Shown here: one piece after another, positions 16,357 through 25,828 of the stretch | Layout of the letters: each line of letters begins with the position of its first letter | Position numbering within the stretch: position 1 is the first letter of the stretch | DNA from: a virus | Taxonomy: Duplodnaviria > Caudoviricetes | IMG/VR virus record: IMGVR_UViG_3300030104_002272 | Coordinates: 1-31,483 of that record | Length of the DNA stretch: 31,483 nt | Strand: one strand, 5' to 3' | Made by a program: the position numbers and the translations under genes | The notes under the pieces: generated by a model | Database searches by the model: none | Seen by the model: only the letters and a program-made list of their open reading frames with translations | Told to the model about the DNA's origin: nothing

Positions 16357-17486
16357 GTACAATAATAAGAACAAGATCACCATATTTTATTAGAACACCA
16401 CAGGAAACGGATGCTAACTTAAATTACTTTCAAATAGTTATTACAGTTCACGGAGGGTTAACAGGCTCATCAACAATATGTGATAATTTATACGCAACAT
16501 ATACATTAAAGAAAAAACCATTACCAAACGAAGATTCAGTTTCTTTTGATATTAGCGAAATAGTTAACGATCATTTAACGCAAACATTTAACGGAACGTA
16601 TTCAAATAGTTCAGCAACGCAATCTATTTGGGTAGATGTATCAACAACTGCAAGGCAATCTAATGGGACTATTATAGGAAGTGCGACAAGCACAACATAT
16701 TTAGCGCAAGAGGGATTTAATAAATTTAAAGAGGGCGTTAATTACACAACAGAGCCAACAGCAATGATTAGTGCAAATATTATACAATACGATAGAAACG
16801 GCACTGCAACAATACCTGTTAATGTAGAAAGGGTTACATCGGTTCAATGGCGTAGCGGATCAAGTGTAAGAGAAACAGATAGTTTTACTGATAATGGCAA
16901 TCAGAATCAAAAAATACAATATGCACAATTTACAGCTACAACATTGTTAGATAATGTATTAATTACGTATGATGGTGGAAGCACAACCGCAATAACATTA
17001 GAACCAATTGAAGAATGTAAATATGAAGTGTTTAAAATAACATTCCTAAATAGATGGGGCGCTTTACAAGATATATTCTTTTTTAAAAAATCAACTGAAA
17101 CATTAGATACAAGAAGTGAACAATTTAATAGGAGTATATTTAAGGCAAGGGATGTTTCATTAGAGCCACCAGAGTCAGGAGATGATTGTGTTGAAACAGT
17201 TACATATAATTCATATAGCACAACAGCTCACGCAAAAAAAGTATTTAATGCAAATGGTGTTGAATCTATTTCTTTAAATAGTGGTTTTGTTAGTGAATCA
17301 ACCAATGTATATTTTGAAGAATTAATGGTTAGTGAGTATATTTGGTTAACAGATTCAGATTCTGTTGTTTACCCTGTAACATTAAAAGATAGTTCATTTA
17401 CATATAAAACAGGATTGAATGATAAGCTAATAAACTATACAATAAATTTTGAAAAAGCATTTGATTTAGTAAACAACATTAGATAA
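16353..17486 (+). CDS. Tail tip/baseplate structural protein
   Basis: 377 aa, beta-rich; FLNRWGA.Q...F, LNSGFV, EELMVSE.IW; position in the module. Confidence 0.55.
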   Translation: MSTIIRTRSPYFIRTPQETDANLNYFQIVITVHGGLTGSSTICDNLYATYTLKKKPLPNEDSVSFDISEIVNDHLTQTFNGTYSNSSATQSIWVDVSTTARQSNGTIIGSATSTTYLAQEGFNKFKEGVNYTTEPTAMISANIIQYDRNGTATIPVNVERVTSVQWRSGSSVRETDSFTDNGNQNQKIQYAQFTATTLLDNVLITYDGGSTTAITLEPIEECKYEVFKITFLNRWGALQDIFFFKKSTETLDTRSEQFNRSIFKARDVSLEPPESGDDCVETVTYNSYSTTAHAKKVFNANGVESISLNSGFVSESTNVYFEELMVSEYIWLTDSDSVVYPVTLKDSSFTYKTGLNDKLINYTINFEKAFDLVNNIR

Positions 17487-19723
17487 TGCAAAAAGTAATA
17501 TTATACATACAGCCACAATTAAGAACCACTACAACCGCGCAGGATTATGTACGTGTTGATTTAATGGAACAAGATCTAATTGAACTTACACAAGTAATAC
17601 AAGATGTAAAGGATATAGATAAAGTATTTACGGATTACAGTAAAACATTTAATTTACCTGCAAGCAAAACAAATAACAAGATATTTAAATGGTGGTACAA
17701 CCCAGATGTTGAGGGGTTTGATAATCAGCTAATGGCAAATGCGCGTATTGAATTAAATCATTTTCATTTTAAGTTTGGAAAAATAAAACTTGAAGAAGTT
17801 GTTATGCGTAATGGTGAAGCATCAATGTATAAAGCAACTTTTTTTGGTGATACTGTTAGTTTAGGTAATCTAATGGGGGAGGATCAGTTAAGTAATTTAA
17901 GTTGGTTAAATAATTTTAATTTTACTGCAAGCAATGCAAATGTTTTAGCAGGATTAAATGCAGGGTTAGATTTTACAGTTGATAGTGTTTCATATACAGA
18001 TGCTATTATATATCCATTAATTACACACAGCCAAAGATATATATATGATAGTAGTGGCAACGGTGGAGATGTTGGAAACATTTCAACATATAATTCTAAT
18101 GATAACAGGAGGGGAATATTGCCAGAAGATTTAAAACCTGCGATATTAGTTAAACATATTATTAAGGCAATTGAAGAACAATACAACATAACATTTAAAA
18201 CAAGTGAGTTTTTGGATTCAGCACCAATAAATAGTTTGTATATGTGGCTGCACAGAGACAAAGGAGGTGTTAAATCTGAATATTTTAAAATTGTTACTAA
18301 TGAAACATTTAACTGCGTTTCAAATCCAATAAGTTTTTCTAATGCTTGTACTTTTTTTGGTGGCACGTCATCGCCTAAATATAATGATGGAATTTATCAG
18401 TTTATAGGTGATTTAAATGATGGGGTATCAAGTATAAATAAATACACAACACAAATAACACCTGCTGTAGCAACTGATTTATATACAATACAAATAATTA
18501 ATTTAGTTAATAATGACGTTGTTGCAACATTAGAAAATGTTTCAGGAACTCAAACAATAGATGCTGCATATGCCTGTGAACAGGATCAAATTACTTTCAA
18601 TGCTTTAACAAATGCAATTAATATTAATTTAGGGGAAACAGTTCAGCTTGCAACGAAAATAATAACAACTTCTACTTTTCAATTTGGCATTGTAAATACA
18701 ATTTTTTCACAAGTTTTTGATACAAGTACAGCACCACCAACAATAGTGTTGCATCAAGCTGAATATACATCTGTATCATCCGCTATAACAACGATAGCAG
18801 ATATTGAAATTACAAATCAAATACCAGAAATAAAGGTTATTGATTTCTTAAAAGGATTATTTAAAATGTTTAATTTAACTGCTTATGTTAATTTTGATGA
18901 TAAGATAGTTGTACAAACATTAGATACATACTATGCAGGGGGAGATACACACAATTTAACTGAATACATTAAAACAGATCAGCATACAGTAGCAGAAACA
19001 TTGCCTTTTACAGATGTTGATTTACAATATTCAGATGCTAAAAGTTTTCTTGCTCAACAATTTAAATTATTAAACAACCGTAGATATGGCGAAGCAGAAT
19101 ATATTGCAGATGCTTCTAAAAAGTCAAGTTATAAAATTGAATCACCTTATGAGCATATGTTATATGAACGGCTTACAAATTTAGATACAGGTGGAACGGC
19201 TGCTTTAAGCGATGTGCAGTATGGGTTGTTTTTAGATGATGATAGTAAACCTGCGATAGGGCAACCGTTATTATTTTATGGAATATACAGAACAAGTATA
19301 TCAAATCCTTTAAACTTTGTAGAAAGTACACGACCTGACGATGGGACACTTCCGCCAGTTGGAACACGCCATACAGTTAACAATTTTTGGATGCCACATA
19401 ATGCGAGTACAACAAGCACGGTTTCAACACCCCCACCATACAATTTAAATTTTGGTAGTGAAATAAATAGCTATACATTAACTGATTATAGTGGAGGGAA
19501 TAATAGTTTGTTTAAATTATATTATCAGAATTATATAACAAGGGTGTTTAATAAGCGCACAAGATTGTATAAATTTAGCGCAGTATTGCCACTTGGTATA
19601 ATATTAAAGTTATCATTAGATGATAAAATAATTATAAACGATAGAACATACACAATTAATAAAATGAGTATTAAACTGCAAAGCGGTGAAACATCATTTG
19701 AACTATTAAACGAGGCACCATAA
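17486..19723 (+). CDS. Tail tip/baseplate hub protein
   Basis: 745 aa; FTDYSKTFNLPASKTNNKIF N-terminus, DFLKGLFKMFNL, C-terminal L.L.D.III....Y.IN. Confidence 0.6.
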   Translation: MQKVILYIQPQLRTTTTAQDYVRVDLMEQDLIELTQVIQDVKDIDKVFTDYSKTFNLPASKTNNKIFKWWYNPDVEGFDNQLMANARIELNHFHFKFGKIKLEEVVMRNGEASMYKATFFGDTVSLGNLMGEDQLSNLSWLNNFNFTASNANVLAGLNAGLDFTVDSVSYTDAIIYPLITHSQRYIYDSSGNGGDVGNISTYNSNDNRRGILPEDLKPAILVKHIIKAIEEQYNITFKTSEFLDSAPINSLYMWLHRDKGGVKSEYFKIVTNETFNCVSNPISFSNACTFFGGTSSPKYNDGIYQFIGDLNDGVSSINKYTTQITPAVATDLYTIQIINLVNNDVVATLENVSGTQTIDAAYACEQDQITFNALTNAININLGETVQLATKIITTSTFQFGIVNTIFSQVFDTSTAPPTIVLHQAEYTSVSSAITTIADIEITNQIPEIKVIDFLKGLFKMFNLTAYVNFDDKIVVQTLDTYYAGGDTHNLTEYIKTDQHTVAETLPFTDVDLQYSDAKSFLAQQFKLLNNRRYGEAEYIADASKKSSYKIESPYEHMLYERLTNLDTGGTAALSDVQYGLFLDDDSKPAIGQPLLFYGIYRTSISNPLNFVESTRPDDGTLPPVGTRHTVNNFWMPHNASTTSTVSTPPPYNLNFGSEINSYTLTDYSGGNNSLFKLYYQNYITRVFNKRTRLYKFSAVLPLGIILKLSLDDKIIINDRTYTINKMSIKLQSGETSFELLNEAP

Positions 19724-19860
19724 TGAAAACAATATTAGAAGCATTACAATTTTGTAAAGAAAATAAATTATATGATAAACATATAAAAATAGCATTAGGG
19801 AAAAATAAAACACCAATGTCAATAAAAGAAGCAATTAATCATTTAAGATTAAAATTATGA
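19723..19860 (+). CDS. 45-aa protein coupled to the tape measure gene (not in ORF track)
   Basis: MKTILEALQFCKENKLYDKHIKIALGKNKTPMSIKEAINHLRLKL*; TAATG and ATGA overlaps. Confidence 0.6.
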   Translation: MKTILEALQFCKENKLYDKHIKIALGKNKTPMSIKEAINHLRLKL

Positions 19861-22253
19861 AGGAATACGTAGCAAAAATAATATTTGAAACAAATAGTGC
19901 AAATCTAAAGGTTGACCAAACTAATAAGAAGGTTAAGGATTTAGGTAAAACAACAAATCAGGTATCTAAAACAGGAGCAAAAGGTTTTAAGGATTTAGGT
20001 GGCGCAATGAATATGCTACCTGGTCCTATTGGTAGGGTTGTAACATCTTTTCAAACATTAAAGGTTGCAATGATTTCTTCAGGTATTGGTGCAATTGTTG
20101 TAGCGGCAGGCGCATTAGGTGCTTTATTTGTAACAGCAGCTAAAAAAGGAGCAGAGTTTAGCAAGGCAATGTCAGGATTAAAAGCGGTTGCAGGTGCAAC
20201 TGATGAGGAAATGAAAGCCCTTTCACAATCTGCAAAAGATCTTGGATCATCTACTGCATTTACTGCAACACAGGTGGCAGAATTACAAACAGAATATGCA
20301 AAACTTGGTAAATCAACTCCTGAAATTTTAGCTGCTACAGAAGCAACATTAAATTTAGCTGCTGCACTTGACGTAGGTCTTGCAGATGCTGCAACATTAG
20401 CAGGGTCAACTATAAATGCATTTGGGTTACAAGCAGAAGATACAAGAAGGGTTGCAGATGTATTAGCGGCAAGTACAACTAATGCAGGACTTGAATTTAG
20501 CACGCTTGTTGAATCTTTAAAGGTTGCTGCTCCTGCCGCAAGAGGTACAGGTGTTGCACTTGAAGATACGGTTGCAATGCTTGGTGTTTTAGCAGATAAT
20601 AGTATTAAAGGATCAAGAGCAGGTACTGGTCTTTCAAGAATGTTATCAGAGTTAAGAAAACAAGGGATTACATTACAGGAGGCATTTGATAAAGTTAATT
20701 CAAGTACAGATGGATATATTACAGCAAGTGAATTAGCAAAAGAAAATGGTGGTAAAGTATTATTTACATTGTCACAAAATACAGAAGCATTAGGGCTTTT
20801 AAAATCTGAACTAAATGGCGCAAGTGAAGCGTTTGATGGTTTAGGTGCAGCAGCATTTGTAGCAGAAACAAGACTTGATAATCTTGATGGCGATATTACA
20901 AAATTAGAATCTGCTTGGGAAGGCTTTTTATTAAATATTGAGGATGGTGAAGGTATTTTAAATAAAGGAGCAAGAGTTGTTGTAAAATATTTTACTGGAG
21001 TTGTAGGTGCGTGGACTGATATAACACAATTTGCATCTGCTGTTATTAATGAGAATATTGCAACAGTTAAAAGAAACGGAAAATTTCTTGTAGACTTTGT
21101 ACAGTTTATTGCGGGATCTTTAGCATTAAAACTTGAAATTGCATTTATTAAAATAAAAGAATCTGTTGCTGATGTGCCAATTCTCGGAAAAGGAATAAAC
21201 AAACAAGAATTACAAAAAAGAAGAAAAGAAATTGCAGACGAATTTGATATTTTAAGAAAAAATGTTAAACAATCAGCAGAGGCATTTAAAGACGGTGAAA
21301 ACGGATTGAATATGTTTCAAAGAATTATGAAAAGGTATTTTGATATGAAAAAAGGTCAACAATTACCTGTTCAGGAAAAAGAAATAGAAAACAACGAAGT
21401 AATTGAAGAGCAAGAAGAAGAACAGAAAAAAAGAATTACGGATTTAATAAAGATACAAGAAGAATTATTAAAACAGGCAAAATTAATGTCTGGTGCAACG
21501 GAAAAAGATATTGCATTACGTAATGATAGAATAGCAACAATTAATGAAGAAATTAAAAGATTAAAAGCATTAAGGGGTATTAAATATGATATTGAAAGAA
21601 TAGATACAGAAAATATGCCTAAAATTGAGGCAAGAGGGGCTAAAAGAGTTGAGATTGAACACGATGTAACACAACAAGCAAGATTAGGAACCGTTGAACG
21701 TGTTAGAAATTTTGAGATAGAACGTCAAGCTGAAGATGAAATGCAAAGGCTAAAATATGATTCTGTTTTTACTACATTATCAGCAATATCTACATTAACA
21801 AACGCTTTTGCAGGAGAAAGTGAAAAACAACAAAAAAGAGCATTTAAAATAAATAAAGCTGCATCCATAGCAGAGACATTAATTAAAACATATCAATCTG
21901 CGCAGGGAGCATATAATTCACAAGTGGTTATTCCATCACCTGACGCACCAGTTAGGGCGGCAATTGCAGCAGCAATAGCAACGGCAGCGGGTTTGGCAAA
22001 TGTTGCAGCAATAGCATCACAAAAATTTCAAGGTGGCGGTAGTCAATCACCATCGCCAGCAGGTGGGGGATTAGGGGCAGGCGCAGGAATAGGTTCACAA
22101 GCACCACAATTTAACATAGTAGGACAAAGCGGATTTAATCAAATAGCATCAGCAATAGGGCAGCAACCACCAGTACAGGCATTTGTTGTTGCACAAGATG
22201 TTACAACGGCACAACAATTACAAAACAATACAATACAAACAGCAACTTTTTAA
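19857..22253 (+). CDS. Tail tape measure protein (TP901-type core)
   Basis: FSKAMSGLKAVAGAT, LGSSTAFTATQVAE, ADVLA, GIKGSRAGT-like, DNLDGDITKLESAWEG; Ala-rich, 798 aa. Confidence 0.92.
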   Translation: MKEYVAKIIFETNSANLKVDQTNKKVKDLGKTTNQVSKTGAKGFKDLGGAMNMLPGPIGRVVTSFQTLKVAMISSGIGAIVVAAGALGALFVTAAKKGAEFSKAMSGLKAVAGATDEEMKALSQSAKDLGSSTAFTATQVAELQTEYAKLGKSTPEILAATEATLNLAAALDVGLADAATLAGSTINAFGLQAEDTRRVADVLAASTTNAGLEFSTLVESLKVAAPAARGTGVALEDTVAMLGVLADNSIKGSRAGTGLSRMLSELRKQGITLQEAFDKVNSSTDGYITASELAKENGGKVLFTLSQNTEALGLLKSELNGASEAFDGLGAAAFVAETRLDNLDGDITKLESAWEGFLLNIEDGEGILNKGARVVVKYFTGVVGAWTDITQFASAVINENIATVKRNGKFLVDFVQFIAGSLALKLEIAFIKIKESVADVPILGKGINKQELQKRRKEIADEFDILRKNVKQSAEAFKDGENGLNMFQRIMKRYFDMKKGQQLPVQEKEIENNEVIEEQEEEQKKRITDLIKIQEELLKQAKLMSGATEKDIALRNDRIATINEEIKRLKALRGIKYDIERIDTENMPKIEARGAKRVEIEHDVTQQARLGTVERVRNFEIERQAEDEMQRLKYDSVFTTLSAISTLTNAFAGESEKQQKRAFKINKAASIAETLIKTYQSAQGAYNSQVVIPSPDAPVRAAIAAAIATAAGLANVAAIASQKFQGGGSQSPSPAGGGLGAGAGIGSQAPQFNIVGQSGFNQIASAIGQQPPVQAFVVAQDVTTAQQLQNNTIQTATF

Positions 22254-22264
22254 AATAAAACAAA

Positions 22265-23383
22265 ATGGAAATAGTAGAATTATTATTGGATGAAGAAAAC
22301 GAGGTTACAGGCGTAGATGCCGTTTCCATCGTAGAATCAGGCGCAATTGAAAGCGATTTCATCGCGTTGGCAGAGCAAGAGATAAAACTTGCAAAAATAG
22401 ATGAAGATAAAAGGATCTTAATGGGCGCAGCCTTGATACCTAACAAACCAATATTTCGTAAGAATGGCGAAGAAATGTTTTACGTGTATTTTTCAAAAGA
22501 AACAGTACGCAGAGCAAGCGAGTTATTTTTTATGAATGGTAATCAAAACAATGCAACACTTGAACATAGTATGAACATAAACGATTTAACGGTTGTTGAA
22601 TCTTGGATTGTTGAAGATACTAAAATGGATAAAACTGCAAAATACGGTTTAGATGTACCAGAAGGCACTTGGATGATTAGTATGAAAGTAGAAAATGATG
22701 AGGTTTGGAACGATTACGTAAAAAGCGGAAAAGTAAAAGGATTTAGTATTGAAGGATATTTTGCAGATAAGGCAAAGATTAAGAAACCTAATTTAAAAGC
22801 AGAACTACAAGCCATTGAAGAATCAGATGCGCAGTATATGTTAAACAACATTAGGGCATTAATTAAAAAAGATAAAAGAACAAAAAATGGCAAAAATATT
22901 ACGTTGGAAACATATAATGATTATCCATCAGGAGTTAGTAATAATGCTAAAAGAGGTATTGAATTTAACGAAAAGGTTAACAATAAATGCGCTACACAGG
23001 TTGGTAAAATACGTGCGCAACAATTAGCTAATAAAGAAAACATTAGTTTACAAACAATCAAAAGGATGTACAGTTATTTAAGCAGAGCAGAAGAATACTA
23101 TGATGAGGGTAATAACGAAGCTTGCGGCACAATTAGTTATTTACTATGGGGAGGTAAAGCAGGGTTAAGATGGTCAGAAAGTAAATTAAAAGAATTAGGT
23201 GAAATCAATTTAGCATCAATGGTAATTGATAATGATTTTGCAATTATAAATGATAGGTTGGCTTACAGCACACAGGAAAAAGCGGAGGAAATGGCAGAGA
23301 ACATTGGCTGCAAAGGTTTTCATACGCACGAATTTGAAGGCAAAGAATGGTATATGCCTTGCGAGAAACATAAAATAAATTAA
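22265..23383 (+). CDS. Prohead serine protease (XkdF-like) with C-terminal accessory domains
   Basis: ALIPNKPI.R, ATLEH, VESWIV, PEGTWM, VKGFSIEG; upstream of scaffold and MCP. Confidence 0.82.
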   Translation: MEIVELLLDEENEVTGVDAVSIVESGAIESDFIALAEQEIKLAKIDEDKRILMGAALIPNKPIFRKNGEEMFYVYFSKETVRRASELFFMNGNQNNATLEHSMNINDLTVVESWIVEDTKMDKTAKYGLDVPEGTWMISMKVENDEVWNDYVKSGKVKGFSIEGYFADKAKIKKPNLKAELQAIEESDAQYMLNNIRALIKKDKRTKNGKNITLETYNDYPSGVSNNAKRGIEFNEKVNNKCATQVGKIRAQQLANKENISLQTIKRMYSYLSRAEEYYDEGNNEACGTISYLLWGGKAGLRWSESKLKELGEINLASMVIDNDFAIINDRLAYSTQEKAEEMAENIGCKGFHTHEFEGKEWYMPCEKHKIN

Positions 23384-23393
23384 AATAATAATT

Positions 23394-23531
23394 ATGAAAA
23401 GTAAATGGAAAACACCAAGTAATACATCTCCTAAAAATAGTAATAGGGGTTGTTTATGCCCAGATGGCAAAAAATACAGTAGTAAATGTTGTGATGGAAG
23501 CCTACAGGCACAGGGAATTGGTAAAATATAA
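23394..23531 (+). CDS. 45-aa Cys-rich protein (not in ORF track)
   Basis: MKSKWKTPSNTSPKNSNRGCLCPDGKKYSSKCCDGSLQAQGIGKI*; ATTATG start context. Confidence 0.7.
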   Translation: MKSKWKTPSNTSPKNSNRGCLCPDGKKYSSKCCDGSLQAQGIGKI

Positions 23532-23549
23532 AATTTTTTTTGTTAAACC

Positions 23550-23579
23550 GCATAACACTTAACGTTTTTTTTTACATTA
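23550..23579 (+). promoter_or_regulatory. Putative late promoter 2
   Basis: GCATAACACTT-AA-CG-T9-ACATTA, upstream of scaffold/MCP. Confidence 0.72.
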
Positions 23580-23600
23580 AGTATATATAATAATAAAATT

Positions 23601-24185
23601 ATGAAAGCAAACGAAATACTAAACAAAATCAAAAATATTGTTGGTGTTGAACTTTCTGAAACCAAAACAGAATTAGCTGAAATCGTACTTGAAAATGGTA
23701 CTGTACTTATTGCAGAATCGTTTGAAGCAGGAAAAGCAATCTTCATTAAAACAGAAGAAGAAGAAATTGCATTGCCTGTTGGTGAATACGAATACGAAGG
23801 TAAAGTTCTTGTTATTAAAGAAGAAGGTTTAATCGATAGTATTAAGGAAGCTGAAGCCGAGGCAGAAGCTGAAGAAGATGTGGAAGCTGAAGAAGTGGAA
23901 GCAAAAGAAGAAGTTCAATTTGTAAGTGTAGAACAATTTAATTCTACCATTGAAGAACTTAAAGCATTAATTACAGAGTTAAAAAGTGAAACTGAACTAT
24001 CTGAAGAAACTAAAGAAGAAACAGAAGAAGAAGTTGTTACTGAATTATCATCTGTAAAAGATGAATTGGTTGAACCAATTAAACATAATCCTGAAGAGGA
24101 TTCTAAAAACGTTCTTTTTACTATTGCAAGTAATAGAACTGAAACTACTAAAGATAGAGTATATAACAAAATATTTAATAATTAA
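23601..24185 (+). CDS. Capsid scaffolding protein
   Basis: Very acidic; LPVGEY, coiled coil, PIKHNPE; directly upstream of MCP. Confidence 0.7.
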   Translation: MKANEILNKIKNIVGVELSETKTELAEIVLENGTVLIAESFEAGKAIFIKTEEEEIALPVGEYEYEGKVLVIKEEGLIDSIKEAEAEAEAEEDVEAEEVEAKEEVQFVSVEQFNSTIEELKALITELKSETELSEETKEETEEEVVTELSSVKDELVEPIKHNPEEDSKNVLFTIASNRTETTKDRVYNKIFNN

Positions 24186-24196
24186 AAAAAACAAAA

Positions 24197-25132
24197 ATGG
24201 CTACTACTACAAGTATAACAAGCACATATGCAGGGGAATTTGCGGGCAAGTATATTGCTGCTGCATTACTTTCTGGTTCTACTATTGAAAATGGTGGAAT
24301 AGAAGTAAAACCAAATGTAAAGTACAAATCTGTAATCAAAAAGGTTGCAACTGATGCAAACGTAATTAAAAACGCTTCTTGCGATTTTGATGCAACAGCT
24401 ACTGTTACATTAACTGAAAGAATATTACAACCTGAAGAATTTCAAGTTAACTTACAATTCTGTAAATCAGATTTCCAATCAGATTGGGAAGCTGCACAAA
24501 TGGGATATAGCGCATATGATAAAATGCCTCCTAAATTTTCTGATTTTATTATCGGACACGTTGCAGGATTAGTTGCTGAAAAAACTGAACAAAACATCTG
24601 GGAAGGTGTTAATGCTACAGCAGGCGAGCACGATGGATTAGTTACATTGGCTTTGGCTGATGCTGACGTTATTGATGTTGCTTCTCACGCTGCGGTAACT
24701 GCTGCAAACGTAATAGATAAATTGGGATCTATTGTTGATGTAATCCCGAGTGCAATTTATGGAAAAGAAGATTTATATCTATATGTATCTTCAAACATTG
24801 CAAGAGCTTATGTAAGAGCATTAGGCGGATTTGGTTCTAACGGATTAGGTGCTAATGGTGTTAACAACCAAGGCACACAATGGTGGAACAACGGTGGTTT
24901 ATCATTTGATGGTGTAAAATTATTCGTTGCGCAAGGTATGGCAGATGATACTGCAATGGCTGCTGAAAAATCTAACCTTTTCTTTGGGACAGGATTACTT
25001 TCTGATCATAACGAAGTGAAATTGTTAGATATGAGTGATCTTGATGGATCGCAAAATGTAAGATGTATAATGAGATATACTTCTGGTGTTCAGTATGGTA
25101 TTGGTTCAGATATCGTTCTTTACCACGCATAA
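24197..25132 (+). CDS. Major capsid protein
   Basis: 311 aa; TYAGEFAGKYI.AALLS, PNVKYK, E.NIW.G, DG; follows protease and scaffold, and is followed by a terminator. Confidence 0.85.
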   Translation: MATTTSITSTYAGEFAGKYIAAALLSGSTIENGGIEVKPNVKYKSVIKKVATDANVIKNASCDFDATATVTLTERILQPEEFQVNLQFCKSDFQSDWEAAQMGYSAYDKMPPKFSDFIIGHVAGLVAEKTEQNIWEGVNATAGEHDGLVTLALADADVIDVASHAAVTAANVIDKLGSIVDVIPSAIYGKEDLYLYVSSNIARAYVRALGGFGSNGLGANGVNNQGTQWWNNGGLSFDGVKLFVAQGMADDTAMAAEKSNLFFGTGLLSDHNEVKLLDMSDLDGSQNVRCIMRYTSGVQYGIGSDIVLYHA

Positions 25133-25148
25133 TAAATTAATTAATAAT

Positions 25149-25174
25149 GGAGGGTTGTAATTACCCTCCTTTTT
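25149..25174 (+). terminator. Rho-independent terminator after MCP
   Basis: GGAGGGT-tgtaatt-ACCCTCC-TTTTT. Confidence 0.8.
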
Positions 25175-25186
25175 AAAACTTTAACA

Positions 25187-25735
25187 ATGGCTTGTGATTT
25201 AACAATTGGGCGTAAGGTACCTTGTAAAGATGTTGTTGGTGGTTTAGTTAGATGTTGGTTTGTAAACTTTGGTAGTTTAGGAACAGTAACAGAAACAAAC
25301 GATGAAATAACCGATCTTTCAGGAACATTTACAGCCTTTCAATACGAGCTAAAGGGTACAAACTCTTTAGATCAAACCATTACCTCATCAAGAGAGAATG
25401 GTACTACATTTGCAGAGCAAACATTAACTTTAACTTTTCCTAAAATGGAAAAAGAATTTCATAAGGAATTGAAGTTGATGGCTTACGGTAGACCTCACGT
25501 AATCGTAGAGGATAGAAACGGTAATTTCTTTCAGTGCGGTTTAGAACACGGAATGGAGATTACTACTATTGCTGCTGCATCTGGTACTGCAATGGGTGAT
25601 TTAAGCGGATACACATTAACATTAAGTGGTATGGAAACTGATCCTGCCAACTTTGTTAGTGGTGGTACATCTGCTGATCCTTATGCAGGAATGAGTTCAG
25701 CAACAGTTACTGTAACTGTAGGAACTAATAGCTAA
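25187..25735 (+). CDS. Major tail tube protein
   Basis: MACDLT.GR..PCKD.VGG, SRENGTTF..QTL.L, VEDRNG, GTAMGDLSGYTLT; between two terminators after MCP. Confidence 0.7.
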   Translation: MACDLTIGRKVPCKDVVGGLVRCWFVNFGSLGTVTETNDEITDLSGTFTAFQYELKGTNSLDQTITSSRENGTTFAEQTLTLTFPKMEKEFHKELKLMAYGRPHVIVEDRNGNFFQCGLEHGMEITTIAAASGTAMGDLSGYTLTLSGMETDPANFVSGGTSADPYAGMSSATVTVTVGTNS

Positions 25736-25812
25736 CATAATTCATAATTGTGTGATTCATAATATATAGTTTGATTGGTGGGGAGGAAGTAGTTAGCCTC
25801 CCCTTTTTTTTT
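25736..25812 (+). ncRNA. Candidate 3'-UTR-derived antisense sRNA against early-gene start regions
   Basis: Three CATAAT (anti-ATTATG) units. 25756-25772 is the exact reverse complement of 5112-5128 and matches 4134-4150 at 16/17. Ends in a strong terminator. Confidence 0.45.
25780..25812 (+). terminator. Rho-independent terminator after the tail tube gene
   Basis: GGGGAGG-aagtagttag-CCTCCCC-T9. Confidence 0.85.
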
Positions 25813-25828
25813 ATTATTTTGATACAAT

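Noticed and set aside
20051-21202. 383-aa minus-strand ORF
   Set aside because: Antisense shadow of the Ala-rich tape measure gene, with no motifs. The other minus-strand ORFs in the track also overlap well-supported + strand genes.
25725-25760. Minus-strand 11-codon ORF MNHTIMNYVSY with a good leader
   Set aside because: An alternative reading of the antisense element, but the genome is otherwise unidirectional, no minus-strand promoter was seen, and the hairpin's U-tract is on the + strand. Not formally excluded.
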